Below, piece by piece: positions 1 through 10,743 of a stretch of 64,000 nucleotides of DNA (positions within the stretch are counted from its first letter, which is position 1; every line of letters begins with the position of its first letter). The stretch is from an uncultured Gemmatimonadales bacterium (GTDB taxonomy: Bacteria > Gemmatimonadota > Gemmatimonadetes > Gemmatimonadales > Gemmatimonadaceae), in contig CAWKMU010000003.1 in the NCBI GenBank assembly GCA_963850905.1, positions 1,376,001 to 1,440,000 of the forward strand. Direction: 5' to 3'. The position numbers were made by a program, and so were the translations under genes. A model generated the notes under the pieces. It had not been told where the DNA came from and did no database searches. It saw only the letters and a list, made by a program, of their open reading frames with translations.

Positions 1-26
1 CACGACCGCACCGCTGAGCACCGTAC

Positions 27-2150
27 GTGATCCGTCGTGATGTCGTCGACCGGTATCTCCCGCCGGATCATGACGCGTTCATTGCTGCAGAGCCGCCGAC
101 CGGTCGGTTGATCGTCATCGCGCCGACTCGTGCGGCGTGCGAGACTATCGAGCTCGCGATGGGACTCCATCTGGACACGTTTCTGGAACGCGCGCACGGT
201 GCGCAACTGCGCGAGCTCGCATCCGCCGGTCGTGGCTTCGGCATTGTCGCCGGGACCGGCACGGGAAAGACGTTGGCGATCCGGCCGATGGCCGAAGTCA
301 TCCTGCGAGGCGTACCGCTCCGCGTAGGTGTCGTCAATCGTGAGCGGGAAGCCACTCCCGAGACTCCGACGTGGAACGTCATCATCGTCACCACTGGCAT
401 CGCGCGGCGCTGGTTCCAGGACGGTGACATTCTGCCGAGCGACACCCTCGTCGTCGACGAGATCCATCAAACATCGGCGGAGTTGGAGTTGTGTCTCGCC
501 CTTGGCAAACGGACGGGCTGTCGGTTCATCTGGCTGTCCGCCACGGTGGACCCACGTTTCTACGCGCGATACTTGAACTCCGCCGCTGTCATCGAGAGCT
601 CGGTATTCGATCCTGCGAAAGCGGCCACAGTCCAGGTCGTGCGCAAAGATCCGCTGGAATTCCTCGACGATCGGTTTCTGCGCGACGTCGTGCGCGGCGG
701 GCACGGAGTCGGCGTGTTCCTGCCGACACGAGCTGCAGTCGAGGAGGCCGCTCGGACGGTCGCCACCCGCTTCCCGAGCATCACAGCGGCGTTCTACCAC
801 GGCGGCGAGCCCATTCGTGTGATTCGCCCATTCCTCGAGGGAACGGCAGCGGGGCCGTATCTCCTCGCGATGACCGCAGCGGGCCAGAGCGCTCTCAACG
901 TGCATGGCCTCGATACGGTGGTGATCGACGACACACGATTCGCCAACATCATCGAGCAGGGGCGCAACGTGCTGACCCGAGTGCATCTCGGATCCAACGA
1001 GATACTGCAAATGGCGGGTCGGGTCCACGGTCGTGTGTCTGGTGGACGGGTCTTTGTTCTCTCGGACCGCGACATCGATTTCGCCTCGCTTCGTCCGCAA
1101 GAGCCCGAGTTCCAGCTGGCCGGCGACTCCGAGCGCGTCGCGCTGAGTTGCGCGAGTCTCGGGGTGCGGGCGGACGATCTCGATCTGCCCGTGCCTCTGG
1201 ACCGAGCGGCCTATCGCCGTGCGGTGGCGATGTTGGAGGGGCGCGGCATCATCGAGCCAGAGACGGGTCGCTTAACGGCCTATGGCCGGGTGGTCGAGGC
1301 ACTGCCCGTCGATCGGCCGTGGGGCGAGCTCATTGTCAATGCGGATGAATCGCTGCTACCCTATGTCGCGGTCATGAGCGCCATCGAGTCGCTCCATCGC
1401 ATGACGCGCGAGGAGCGAGACCTGGGCGGCCTGATCGTGCGGGGCAGCGATCACCTGACTGCCTTCAACGTGTATGCTGAGGCGTTTGCGCGCTGCGGAT
1501 ACGTCGGCGAGGTGTATGGTCTCGCGCGGCACCTGTTCGACGAACGCGTCGAGACGTGGGCAGAGCACCGCGGCGTACTGGTCAAAGCCCTCGAGGACGC
1601 CGCTCTTGCGACGGCCAGCGTATATCGAAGCGTGGGTGTGCCGTTGCCGGCGACGCTGCCCCAGGCGCATGACCGCGTGCGGCGAGCGTTCGTAGAGTTG
1701 CTCGCCGAAACGATGCCGCTCGATCTGGTCATTGACGAAGAGACGGTTGACGGGGAGCCCGCGCGGGTGTCGCGCTCCAGCGTGTGCGGCAGCTGGGGAG
1801 CAGTTGCTGGAACGCTGCGGTACTTCGCGGATCGGTGGGGCGTGCCGCGGGCTGCTATCGAGGGCACGCAGATCCCGATGGACGTCATTCACAAGTACGC
1901 GACGCGTACTGGGGGGACGCTCGTCTACGATCCGGTTCGGCGCGGACACCCCTACGCGATGGAATATCGCGTCGTCTACCGCGGCTTCGAGCTCGAGCGC
2001 GAGCGCGAGGCGACTGAGGAGACACCATCGCCGGCGGTCGCCGCTCAACTCAGGCGCGAGTATCAGGCTGCGAGCCGGCAAGCCCGCGAGCGGAACCGGT
2101 CCAGCCGACGCGGACGCGCCTTCCAAGGGAAGCGGCGCCGGAAGCGATAG
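27..2150 (+). CDS. DEAH/RHA-like SF2 helicase (HrpA/HrpB-related, divergent)
   Basis: Walker A AGTGTGKT, DEIH, SAT, FLPT, motif VI-like QMAGRVHGR, LTAYGR winged-helix segment; Arg-rich C-terminus; in-frame stop at 15-17 fixes the GTG start. Confidence 0.85.
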   Translation: MIRRDVVDRYLPPDHDAFIAAEPPTGRLIVIAPTRAACETIELAMGLHLDTFLERAHGAQLRELASAGRGFGIVAGTGTGKTLAIRPMAEVILRGVPLRVGVVNREREATPETPTWNVIIVTTGIARRWFQDGDILPSDTLVVDEIHQTSAELELCLALGKRTGCRFIWLSATVDPRFYARYLNSAAVIESSVFDPAKAATVQVVRKDPLEFLDDRFLRDVVRGGHGVGVFLPTRAAVEEAARTVATRFPSITAAFYHGGEPIRVIRPFLEGTAAGPYLLAMTAAGQSALNVHGLDTVVIDDTRFANIIEQGRNVLTRVHLGSNEILQMAGRVHGRVSGGRVFVLSDRDIDFASLRPQEPEFQLAGDSERVALSCASLGVRADDLDLPVPLDRAAYRRAVAMLEGRGIIEPETGRLTAYGRVVEALPVDRPWGELIVNADESLLPYVAVMSAIESLHRMTREERDLGGLIVRGSDHLTAFNVYAEAFARCGYVGEVYGLARHLFDERVETWAEHRGVLVKALEDAALATASVYRSVGVPLPATLPQAHDRVRRAFVELLAETMPLDLVIDEETVDGEPARVSRSSVCGSWGAVAGTLRYFADRWGVPRAAIEGTQIPMDVIHKYATRTGGTLVYDPVRRGHPYAMEYRVVYRGFELEREREATEETPSPAVAAQLRREYQAASRQARERNRSSRRGRAFQGKRRRKR

Positions 2151-2217
2151 GGACCCACCTCGCATTCGGCCGGTGGCGCCAATCATGCAGGGGCGAGCAC
2201 TGGGGTCGAGGTTGGCG

Positions 2218-5059
2218 ATGTCGCATAATGTTGCTGCACTGTCCCGAGACGAGCTTGAGCTGGCTCGGCGTCTCCTGGACAAAGCGCCCGCGATGCTGGC
2301 GTATTGGGGCGCGGATTTGCGCTGCCGGTTTGCCAACCACGCATACGAGCGGTGGTTCGGTGCATCCCCCGGAGAGCTCGTCGGGAAGCACGCGAGGGAC
2401 GTGCTGGGGCCCACACTGTACGAGCAAAACCTTGCGTGCATGGAGGGTGCGCTGCGCGGCGAACCGCAAGAGTTCGAACGCGAGCTGCGTAATCCCTTGG
2501 GGGGACCATCGCGTTACAGCCTGGCCAACTACGCCCCCGATATCGTCGAGGGCACGGTGCGCGGATTCGTGGCTCTCGTCACCGACATTTCGGAGATTCA
2601 ACGCGCCAGGGTAGCGCTGGAGGAGTCCGAAGCCCGATTCTCGGGCATCGTCTCGACCTCTGCCGACGCGATCATTCTCGCTTGACGCGGATCAGCGAAT
2701 CGTGCTGTTCAACCGAAGCGCCCAGAAGACATTCGGATGGATGGCGTCGGAGGCGGTCGGCCAGTCGTTCGACATCCTCGTTCCAGAGCGCTTCCGTGGG
2801 GAGTACCACGAGTACCTGCGGTGGTTTGCGAACAGCGAGATCGAGGGGCCGCGTGCGGGTGCGGGAAGCCCTTCGCTCATCGGCGTGCGCAAAAACCGGA
2901 AAGAGTTCCCGGCAGAGGTGTCGCTGTCGAAACTCAGAATGGGCGGCACGGTCATCCTGACTGCGGCACTGCGCGATATCAGCGAACGAAAGCGAAGAGA
3001 GGACGAGAGTCAGGCGACGAACGTCAAGCTGCGTGAGTCTGAGGAGCGGTTTCGCCTGACATTCGAAGAGGCGCCGATCGGCATGGCGTTGGTAGCGCCG
3101 GACGGTCGATTCGTTCGGGTCAATCACGCGCTGTGCGAGATCCTGGGCTACACGGCGCGTGAAATGATGGGCCTCACCTTCCAGGCCATCACCCACCCCG
3201 ATGACGTCGATGCCGATGTGGCGGTGGCCGGCCAGCTCAACCGCGGAGAGGTCTCGCGCTACCACCGGGAAAAACGCTATATCCGCAAGGACGGCAGCGT
3301 CGTGGACATCATGCTCAGTGTGTCAATTGCTCGCGATCGTGATGGTGCGCCCCTCCACCACATCGCGCAAATCGAAGACATCACCGAACGCAAGCGGTTG
3401 GAGAACGCACTGCGTCTTGCGGAAGCGAAGAGTTCAGGGATTCTCTCGATTTCGGCTGATGCGATCATCTCGATTGACGGGCACCAGCGGATTACGATGT
3501 TCAACGAAGGCGCCGAAAAGACGTTCGGGTACACGCGCGCAGAGGCTATCGGCATGCCTCTGGAGCAGTTGATTCCCGAACGCTTCCGAGCAGCCCACCG
3601 AGAGCACGTCGACGCGTTTGCCAGCGGGCCGCAGTCTGCCCGGCGCATGGGCGGGCGCAAGGCAGACATTTTTGGCCTCCGGAAAAACGGCGAGGAATTT
3701 CCCGCCAACGCCGCAATCTCCAAGCTCGCCATCGACGGAGCTTCTGTTGTGACGGTCGCACTCCGCGACGCGACCGAGCAAAAGCGAGTCGAGAACGAGC
3801 AGCGGTTCCTTGCGCAGATAGGCCCGGTGCTCGCGAGCAGCCTTTCGTACGAAGACACCCTGACCGAAGTGGCGGAGCTGGCCGTCCGCGACCTGGCGGA
3901 CATTTGCCTCGTCGAGGTCGTCGAAGAGACCGGAGACATCGGGTGGGTCAGGGTCGCGAGTCGAGATCGCTCCAAGCTATGGCTCACCAGCGCGCTCGAG
4001 GGGTCGAGGCTCAACGGGAGCCGAACACGACTGTTTCCAACCGTCCTGGAGAGGAAATGCGCGGTTCTCATGCGCCGGCCCACGGTCCAGGCGATGGTCT
4101 CGCTCGCCGGCAACGAACAACAGGGGCAAGCCCTGGTCGCGGCTGGAGTAAGAACGGTGGTGGTGGCGCCGCTCGTCGCCGGAGAGAAGCTCCTCGGAGC
4201 GATCGCCTTCATGGGATCCGCAGGCTCGGGGGGCTACGGGCCGGCGGACCTTCGATTAGCCGAGGAGGTCGCGCACCGAGCCGCAGTGTCGGTCGAGAAC
4301 GCCCTGCTGTATCGGGCCGCTCGAAGAGCGACGCAGGCGCGAGATGATGTGCTGGCCATTGTCGCTCATGACCTTCGGAACCCCCTCAATACCATCGTCA
4401 TGGCGGCGGGTTCCCTCGGACCACCGCATGGTGAGCCCGAACGCCGGTCGGATCGCCCGGGAATGTTCATCGAACGCGCCGCAACACGCATGAATCGTCT
4501 GATCGAAGATATCCTGGACGTCTCCAGTATCGACGCGGGGCAGCTCTCCATGGAGTTGGGTGAGGTTGCCCCGAGAGAGATCATTGCCGAGGCCATCGAG
4601 TCTCAACAGCCGATTGCGGCGGCCGCGTCGCTCGAGCTGCGACAAGATGTCTCAGCGCGGCTCCCCGTCATCACGGCCAATCACGACCGGCTTCTGCAAG
4701 TCTTCGAGAACTTGATTGGGAATGCGATCAAATTCACGGAGCGCGGCGGATACATCACGCTCGGCGCGGCGCCGAGGGCGGGCGAGGTGCTCTTCTGGGT
4801 GAGGGACACGGGGTGCGGCATCGCGGAGGAGGAGTTGCCTCACGTGTTCGATCGATTCTGGCAGGGCAAACGACAGCAGGGACGCGGCGGAGGTCTCGGC
4901 CTGCCGATCGTCAAGGGAATCATCGACGCACACCAGGGGCGTGTCTGGGTGCAGAGCAGGCCGGGCCATGGGAGCACGTGCTTCTTCACGATTCCGACCG
5001 CAGGTGCGTCGGAGGTGCCCGAAACACGGGTGGGCGCGCCCGACGTATCGGTGTCCTGA
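2218..5059 (+). CDS. Multi-PAS/GAF sensor histidine kinase, split by a +1 frameshift near 2675
   Basis: PAS domain in ORF ending 2685 continues as SADAII-S-LDADQRIVLFN in the next frame, matching the internal repeat SADAIISIDGHQRITMFN; H-box AHDLRNPL, NLIGNAIKF, DTGCGI, GLGL. Confidence 0.88.
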
Positions 5060-5063
5060 TCCC

Positions 5064-5784
5064 TCAGCTCTTCGCGATCATCCACCGCACGCGCTCGCGC
5101 GCCGTGATGCGCGCGACCGGATACGGTGAGTGGGGCGAGGTGCCGTCCGCGCGCACGTGTTCGATGATGGGCCGCTTGTCGGCGCCAGCTGCGAGGATCA
5201 GCGTCTCGAGTGCCGCATTCGAGCACAGGATACGTCAGGGTGACGCGCGCGCGCGTTGTCGTCACATCCGACGGTGCCTCCGCCGGCACGGCCCATCGCG
5301 CGCGCTCGTCGAGCGCGGGGCTGCCCGGGAATAATGACGCGGTGTGCCCGTCCGTGCCGACGCCGAGCAAGACGACATCAAAGGTCACGGGATCCAGCCC
5401 GGGGAAGGCCGTGTGGAGCAGCGCATCGTACTCTTGTGCTGCTACCTTGGCTCCTCGTTCCCCAGCGATCCGGTAGGTCCGCGCTTCGAGACCAGGGACG
5501 TGGGCCAGCAGGCTCTCGCGCGCCATCCCGTAGTTGCTGTCGGGATTGGTCGGCGGTACACACCGCTCGTCACCAAAAAACAGCTGTGAGAGCGACCACG
5601 GGATGCGAGTGCGATAGTCCGTCGCCAGGAGGCGATAGAGTGTGCGCGGCGTCGAGCCACCGGACAGGGCGAGGGCGAAACGCCCGCGCGAAGCGACGGC
5701 GCGATGGGCCGCGACCTCAATCGCGTCCGCTGCCGCCCGACTCAACGCGTTCGCATCGGCGTAGTCCGTGAAGTCCTCTTGCAT
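5064..5784 (-). CDS. pgl: 6-phosphogluconolactonase, +1 frameshift near 5221
   Basis: LSGGSTP, FFGDERCVP, DSNYGMA, LLGVGTDGHTASLFP, RVTLTYPVL then NAALETLILAAGADK in the shifted frame; start overlaps zwf stop. Confidence 0.9.
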
Positions 5785-7319
5785 CAGGCGGCAGCGCCCG
5801 CTTCCTCCAGCGTCCGATGCGACTCCGTTCCCTCTCGCGGCTCGCGATCGGGAACCACGATGCCCGCTTCGGCTGGACCCCACGTCCCGGCCGCATAGGG
5901 GAAAGGCGGCGTCGGTAGATCGAGCAGTGGCGTGTACATCCGCCACGACGTCTCGACTTCATCGGCGTGGACGAACAGCGTCTGGTCACCGCGCAGGAGA
6001 TCGAGCAGCAGCGTCTGGTACGCCTCGGGCAGTGTCTTGAACTCCTCGTCGTACGCGAAATGCAGGGTCAGGCGTTGCAGACGGAACGGATCGCCCGGCG
6101 CCTTGACATCGAAGAAGAGCAGAAAGCCTTCGTTCGGCTGCACCGTGATCACGAGCGTGTTCGCCTGAGGTGACGCACTGGCGACCGAGCGGAACATCCA
6201 GACCGGTGCCTTGCGGAAGCGCACGCGGATCTCCGTGAGGCGGCGGGCCATTCGCTTGCCCGTGCGGAGGTAGAACGGCACGCCTTGCCAGCGCCAGTTG
6301 TCCACGCAGATGCGCAGCGCCGCGAACGTTGGAGTCGTCGACGTGGGCGAGACTCCGGGCTCTTCACGATACCCAGGTACTGGCTTGCCGCCGATTTTCC
6401 CTGCGGTGTACTGGCCAAAGACGGCATCCATCGGCCCGATGGCAGCGATCGAACGGAGCGCCTTCACCTTCTCTTCGCGAATAGCTCCGGCTTCGAACGC
6501 GGTCGGAACCTCCATGGCAACGAGCGCGAGCAACTGCGTCAGGTGGCTCTGCACCATGTCGCGCAGCGCGCCCGCCTGCTCGTAGTAGGCGGCCCGTTGC
6601 TCGACACCAAGCTCCTCGGCGACGGTGATCTCGACGCTCTCGATATGATCACGGTTCCACAGCGACTCGAACATCGCGTTCGCAAAGCGGAACACGAGGA
6701 GATTCTGAACGGTCTCTTTGCCGAGATAGTGGTCGATGCGGTAGACCTGTGATTCATCGAAGAACTGGTGCAGCAGGCGATTGAGCTCTTGCGCCGAGGG
6801 CAAATCCCGGCCGAACGGCTTCTCGATGACAATGCGAGTCCAGCCCGAGCTGTGGTTCAGTTTCGCGGCGCCAAGACCGGCGATCGTCGAGGCAAATGCT
6901 TGTGGAGGGAGCGCCAGATAGAAGGCGCGGTTCCCCGGCAGTCCGCGGTCATGCTCGATCCGCTCAATGCGATCGCGGAGGGAGACGTATTCCGACGGGT
7001 CCCCGGCGACGGTTGGCTGATAGAAGACCCACTGATCGACCCAAGCGGCGACGTCGGCCGGCTTGCCGACGTCTGCCGGAATGGAGTCACGCACGAGCGC
7101 GCGAAACCCCGCCTCGTCCGAGCCGCGCGAGACACCGAGAATCACGAGGCCGCGCGAGGTGAGGTCGTGCGCGTGCAGCTGCCATAATGCGGGAAGGATC
7201 TTGCGTCGGGCGAGGTCTCCGGTCGCGCCAAAAATCACGAAGACGGCGGGCTCGACCGCTTCTGCTTGGGCAGCAGCCCCGTCCGGGCTTGGTGCGGCGG
7301 TAATCGAGGGCGGACTCAT
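5784..7319 (-). CDS. zwf: Glucose-6-phosphate 1-dehydrogenase
   Basis: IFGATGDLARRK, EKPFG, RIDHYLGKE, WRWQGVPFYLRTGK; ATG at 7319 overlaps gnd stop. Confidence 0.96.
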   Translation of the reverse strand: MSPPSITAAPSPDGAAAQAEAVEPAVFVIFGATGDLARRKILPALWQLHAHDLTSRGLVILGVSRGSDEAGFRALVRDSIPADVGKPADVAAWVDQWVFYQPTVAGDPSEYVSLRDRIERIEHDRGLPGNRAFYLALPPQAFASTIAGLGAAKLNHSSGWTRIVIEKPFGRDLPSAQELNRLLHQFFDESQVYRIDHYLGKETVQNLLVFRFANAMFESLWNRDHIESVEITVAEELGVEQRAAYYEQAGALRDMVQSHLTQLLALVAMEVPTAFEAGAIREEKVKALRSIAAIGPMDAVFGQYTAGKIGGKPVPGYREEPGVSPTSTTPTFAALRICVDNWRWQGVPFYLRTGKRMARRLTEIRVRFRKAPVWMFRSVASASPQANTLVITVQPNEGFLLFFDVKAPGDPFRLQRLTLHFAYDEEFKTLPEAYQTLLLDLLRGDQTLFVHADEVETSWRMYTPLLDLPTPPFPYAAGTWGPAEAGIVVPDREPREGTESHRTLEEAGAAA

Positions 7320-8299
7320 GCCGACCGCCCTCCCGCTGTTTGTGCGGCCCCGGCCCGGCCTGCCCCCGATGCGTTTGCCGCGGGAGTCTCCGAGGGCTCT
7401 GTCTTGATCGCATGGCCACCGAACTGATTCCGGAGCGCGGCGAGCATCTTGTCCGAGTACGAGTCGGTGTCGCGCGAGCGAATTCGCTCGATCAGCGACT
7501 GGGTAATGATCGGCGCCGGCACGTTGAGATCGATAGCGTCCGCGACGGTCCAGCGGCCTTCGCCTGAATCGGCGACGTACGGCGCAATGCCGTCGAGTGA
7601 CGGGTTCTCCCGCAGGGCGTTGGCGGCAAGATCCAGCAGCCATGATCGGACGACGCTCCCGTAGCGCCATATGTCGGCGATCTGGGCGACGTCGAGGTGA
7701 AACTCCTCTTTGTGGCGGAGGATCGAGAATCCTTCGGCATAGGCTTGCATGAGACCGTACTCGATGCCGTTGTGGACCATCTTCACATAGTGGCCTGCGC
7801 CGCTTGGCCCGACGCGGGCCCATCCGCGGTCGGGGGCCGGCGCCAGCGTCTCGAAAATCGGGCGCAGTCGATTCACCGTGGCCGCGTCGCCGCCGATCAT
7901 GAGGCTGTACCCCTCTTTCAGCCCCCAGATGCCGCCACTCGTGCCCGCGTCGATAAACTGGATGCCGCGAGTTGCGAGCTCCGCGGCGCGCCGCATGCCA
8001 TCCTTGTAGTTGCTATTCCCACCATCGATGATGGCGTCACCGCGCCCGAGGAGTCGGCCCAGCGCCTGGATTGTGCTTTCCGTGGGGTCTCCGGCCGGGA
8101 CCATGACCCACACCGCCCGAGGTGGTGTGAGTCGTGCGACGAGGTCGTCGAGGGACGCAGCGCCGCTCGCGCCTCCAGCCACTGACGTCGCAACCGCCTT
8201 GGAATCACGATCGTACACGATGACGCGATGTCCACCCTCGATGAGGCGCGTCGTCATGTTGGCGCCCATTCGGCCCAAACCAACCATCCCTAGTTCCAT
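7316..8299 (-). CDS. gnd: 6-phosphogluconate dehydrogenase, decarboxylating (short type)
   Basis: GLGRMG, IDGGNS, DAGTSGG, GHYVKMVHNGIEYG, RNQFGGH. Confidence 0.95.
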   Translation of the reverse strand: MELGMVGLGRMGANMTTRLIEGGHRVIVYDRDSKAVATSVAGGASGAASLDDLVARLTPPRAVWVMVPAGDPTESTIQALGRLLGRGDAIIDGGNSNYKDGMRRAAELATRGIQFIDAGTSGGIWGLKEGYSLMIGGDAATVNRLRPIFETLAPAPDRGWARVGPSGAGHYVKMVHNGIEYGLMQAYAEGFSILRHKEEFHLDVAQIADIWRYGSVVRSWLLDLAANALRENPSLDGIAPYVADSGEGRWTVADAIDLNVPAPIITQSLIERIRSRDTDSYSDKMLAALRNQFGGHAIKTEPSETPAANASGAGRAGAAQTAGGRSA

Positions 8300-9060
8300 A
8301 CGCCAGCTTCCTCTCGAGTAATGAGGCTCCCGCGCACCACCGCTTCGAGCTTCGTTGGATCGTCGACGATCTGGACACCGGGGAGCGGCTCGGCCGCGTG
8401 CACGGCGTCGCGCGTCAAGTCATTGGTCGATGCCACACAGTGCATGCCTGCGGCGATCGCGGCCCGCACGCCGGGCAACGAGTCCTCGACGGCGAGACAC
8501 TGCGCGGGTGGGATTGCCAGCCGCCGCGCGGCCAGCAGATAGATCTCCGGGTCGGGCTTGCCGTGCACGACGTCATCGATCGTGATGATCACATCGAATT
8601 GGTCGCGCAGGTGCAGTGCGTCGAGCACGATCATCGCCTGTGCCCGGTGTGAGACCGTGGTCAGCGCGACCGGATACCCATCGGCCTTGAGGTGCCGGAC
8701 GAGCGCGGTCGCGTACGGTAGTTCCTGATGTCTGAGCCGCGCCGGGTCGGCGAGCATCTTCTCGTAGATCTTCATCCGCAGTGCCACGAACGCATCCCGC
8801 GGAGTCGCGGCGCCCACTTGCTGCTGGATGCGGGAGGCGGCATCGGCAAGTCCAAAACGGTCGAGCAGCGTCTGCGCCACCTCGTCGCGTGGCCGACCAA
8901 TGCAGTGATCGAACGCGTCAATCACGGCCTGTGGTTCGACGGCGCCTGGCCGGAGCTCTGCCGCCGCACGTGCGTAGGACTCGGCCTTGAGTGACTCAGT
9001 CTGGACCAGCGTGCCGTCCAGGTCGAAAATCACTGCGCGCGCGACCGCGGCTGCACACAC
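8290..9060 (-). CDS. HAD-family phosphatase (beta-PGM/CbbY-like)
   Basis: FDLDGTL, GKPDPEIY, VEDS motifs. Confidence 0.85.
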   Translation of the reverse strand: MCAAAVARAVIFDLDGTLVQTESLKAESYARAAAELRPGAVEPQAVIDAFDHCIGRPRDEVAQTLLDRFGLADAASRIQQQVGAATPRDAFVALRMKIYEKMLADPARLRHQELPYATALVRHLKADGYPVALTTVSHRAQAMIVLDALHLRDQFDVIITIDDVVHGKPDPEIYLLAARRLAIPPAQCLAVEDSLPGVRAAIAAGMHCVASTNDLTRDAVHAAEPLPGVQIVDDPTKLEAVVRGSLITREEAGVWN

Positions 9061-9063
9061 GGA

Positions 9064-10743
9064 TCAGGACACCAGACTTGCGATGCGGTTGATGTCTTGC
9101 GGGATGTGGTCGGGATCGGCCCGCAGGACACGTCGGCCGCGATCGATCAGCGCTTGGCGATCGCCGAGTGCCTGCGCGACCTTGAGCACGCCGAAGGTAA
9201 TGTGCGAGGCATCACTGTCGACGCTGTCGGGGATGGGCACGTCTGGCACCGGTGGCGGCGTCACCATCTGGAGAAACACACCATGCCCGCCATCGCCTTT
9301 GTGCAGCTGTCCGGTCGAGTGTAGAAAGGTCGGACCATAGCCGACGGTAGTGGCCACGCGGTATCGGTCCCGGATCGCGACGCGGACTTGTCGGAGCGCT
9401 GCCGACGCGACGAGGGTCGGCTCGACGTACGCCTGCAAGGCGACGTAATCGCCGGGTTTCACCTGCTCGAGGAACCGGCGCACGAGCTCGGCCGCGCTAT
9501 CGGGTTTCGCTGGCGCCGTGCCGGCTACGTAGACTGTCAACCCGTCACCATGCGCGGTAGGCGGGAGCGGCGGCAGCGCGCCCGAGCTCTCATATGTCTT
9601 CACCATTTGGCGAGCCAGCACCTTGGCTGCCTCCACGTTGGGCTGGTCGAAGGGGTTGATGCCGAGGCGCCAGCCGGCGATGGCCGTGGCGAGCTCCCAG
9701 ATGAAGAATTGCGCGCCGAGGTCGTAGGGGGTCGACAGCTCGAACCGGACGATCGGGTGGCCGGCGGCGCGCAAGGCCTCGAGGGCCGCGTCATGCGTGG
9801 TGTCGGTGCCGACGCGCAGGTGCACGAACAACCGATCCTTCCCGTACACCTCCGGAATCCCCAGCGGCTCGTCGGCGATCGGCACGATGCCCTTGCCCTC
9901 CTTGCCCGTGCTCTCCGCCAGTAGTTGCTCAGCCCACGACGCGAACGCGGCGATGGAAGGCGAGAGCGCGAATGTCACTTTGTCGACGGCGCGGGTGGCG
10001 AGCTCGCCCAGGATGACGCCCAACTTGGCGGCCGGCGCCGTCTCGTGCTCCGCCGCCGTGGCGCGGTCGAGCAGGCGCGGAAGGTCCGCGCCGATCAGCG
10101 CCGCGGGCACGAGACCGAAGTGCGACAAGGCAGAGTAGCGTCCGCCGATATTGGGGTCGTTCAGAAAGGTCCGTCTGAACCCGCACTGCTTGGCGACATT
10201 GACCAGGTCGCTGCCGGGATCCGTGATGGCAATGAAATGCGCGCCGGCGGCCGCGGTCCCGAGCGCCCGTACCGTCCACCGGTAGAAGTACCGGAAGAAG
10301 GAGAACGTCTCGACGGTGCCGCCGCTCTTGGTCGAGACAATGAAGAGGGTGCGTGCCGGATCGAGTCGCCGCGCGTTGGCGGCCACCGCTCCCGGGTCGG
10401 TGCTGTCCAGCACGGCCAGATCGAGATACCCGTTGGCCACCCCGAACGTCCGCCGGAACACCTCGGGCGCGAGGCTCGAGCCGCCCATCCCGAGGAGTAG
10501 CGCGTCAGTGTACCCCGCCGCCCGCACCTCATCGACGAGCCGGTCGATGTCTGGCAGCTCGCTTCGCATGCGGTCGGCGATGGTCAGCCAACCAAGCCGG
10601 TTCGTGATTTCGGTCGGCGCCGGCTTCCAGACCGTGTAGTCGCCACGCGTGATGCGGGCGAGGATTTGGTCCTTGTCGAAACGAGCCGCGGTTTCCGCTA
10701 CGGCTGAAGCAAAGGTTCCGAGATCAGCGTGCATGATCGTCAT
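9064..10743 (-). CDS. pgi: Glucose-6-phosphate isomerase (type resembling the PGI half of Tal-Pgi fusions)
   Basis: LGMGGSSL, STKSGGTVET, IGGRYSALS, EQLLAESTGK, NPFDQPNVE, HSTGQLHKG. Confidence 0.88.
   Translation of the reverse strand: MTIMHADLGTFASAVAETAARFDKDQILARITRGDYTVWKPAPTEITNRLGWLTIADRMRSELPDIDRLVDEVRAAGYTDALLLGMGGSSLAPEVFRRTFGVANGYLDLAVLDSTDPGAVAANARRLDPARTLFIVSTKSGGTVETFSFFRYFYRWTVRALGTAAAGAHFIAITDPGSDLVNVAKQCGFRRTFLNDPNIGGRYSALSHFGLVPAALIGADLPRLLDRATAAEHETAPAAKLGVILGELATRAVDKVTFALSPSIAAFASWAEQLLAESTGKEGKGIVPIADEPLGIPEVYGKDRLFVHLRVGTDTTHDAALEALRAAGHPIVRFELSTPYDLGAQFFIWELATAIAGWRLGINPFDQPNVEAAKVLARQMVKTYESSGALPPLPPTAHGDGLTVYVAGTAPAKPDSAAELVRRFLEQVKPGDYVALQAYVEPTLVASAALRQVRVAIRDRYRVATTVGYGPTFLHSTGQLHKGDGGHGVFLQMVTPPPVPDVPIPDSVDSDASHITFGVLKVAQALGDRQALIDRGRRVLRADPDHIPQDINRIASLVS

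Noticed and set aside
7320..7823. N-terminal extension of zwf (679-aa ORF)
   Set aside because: Overlaps gnd in another frame; ATG 7319 is coupled to the gnd stop
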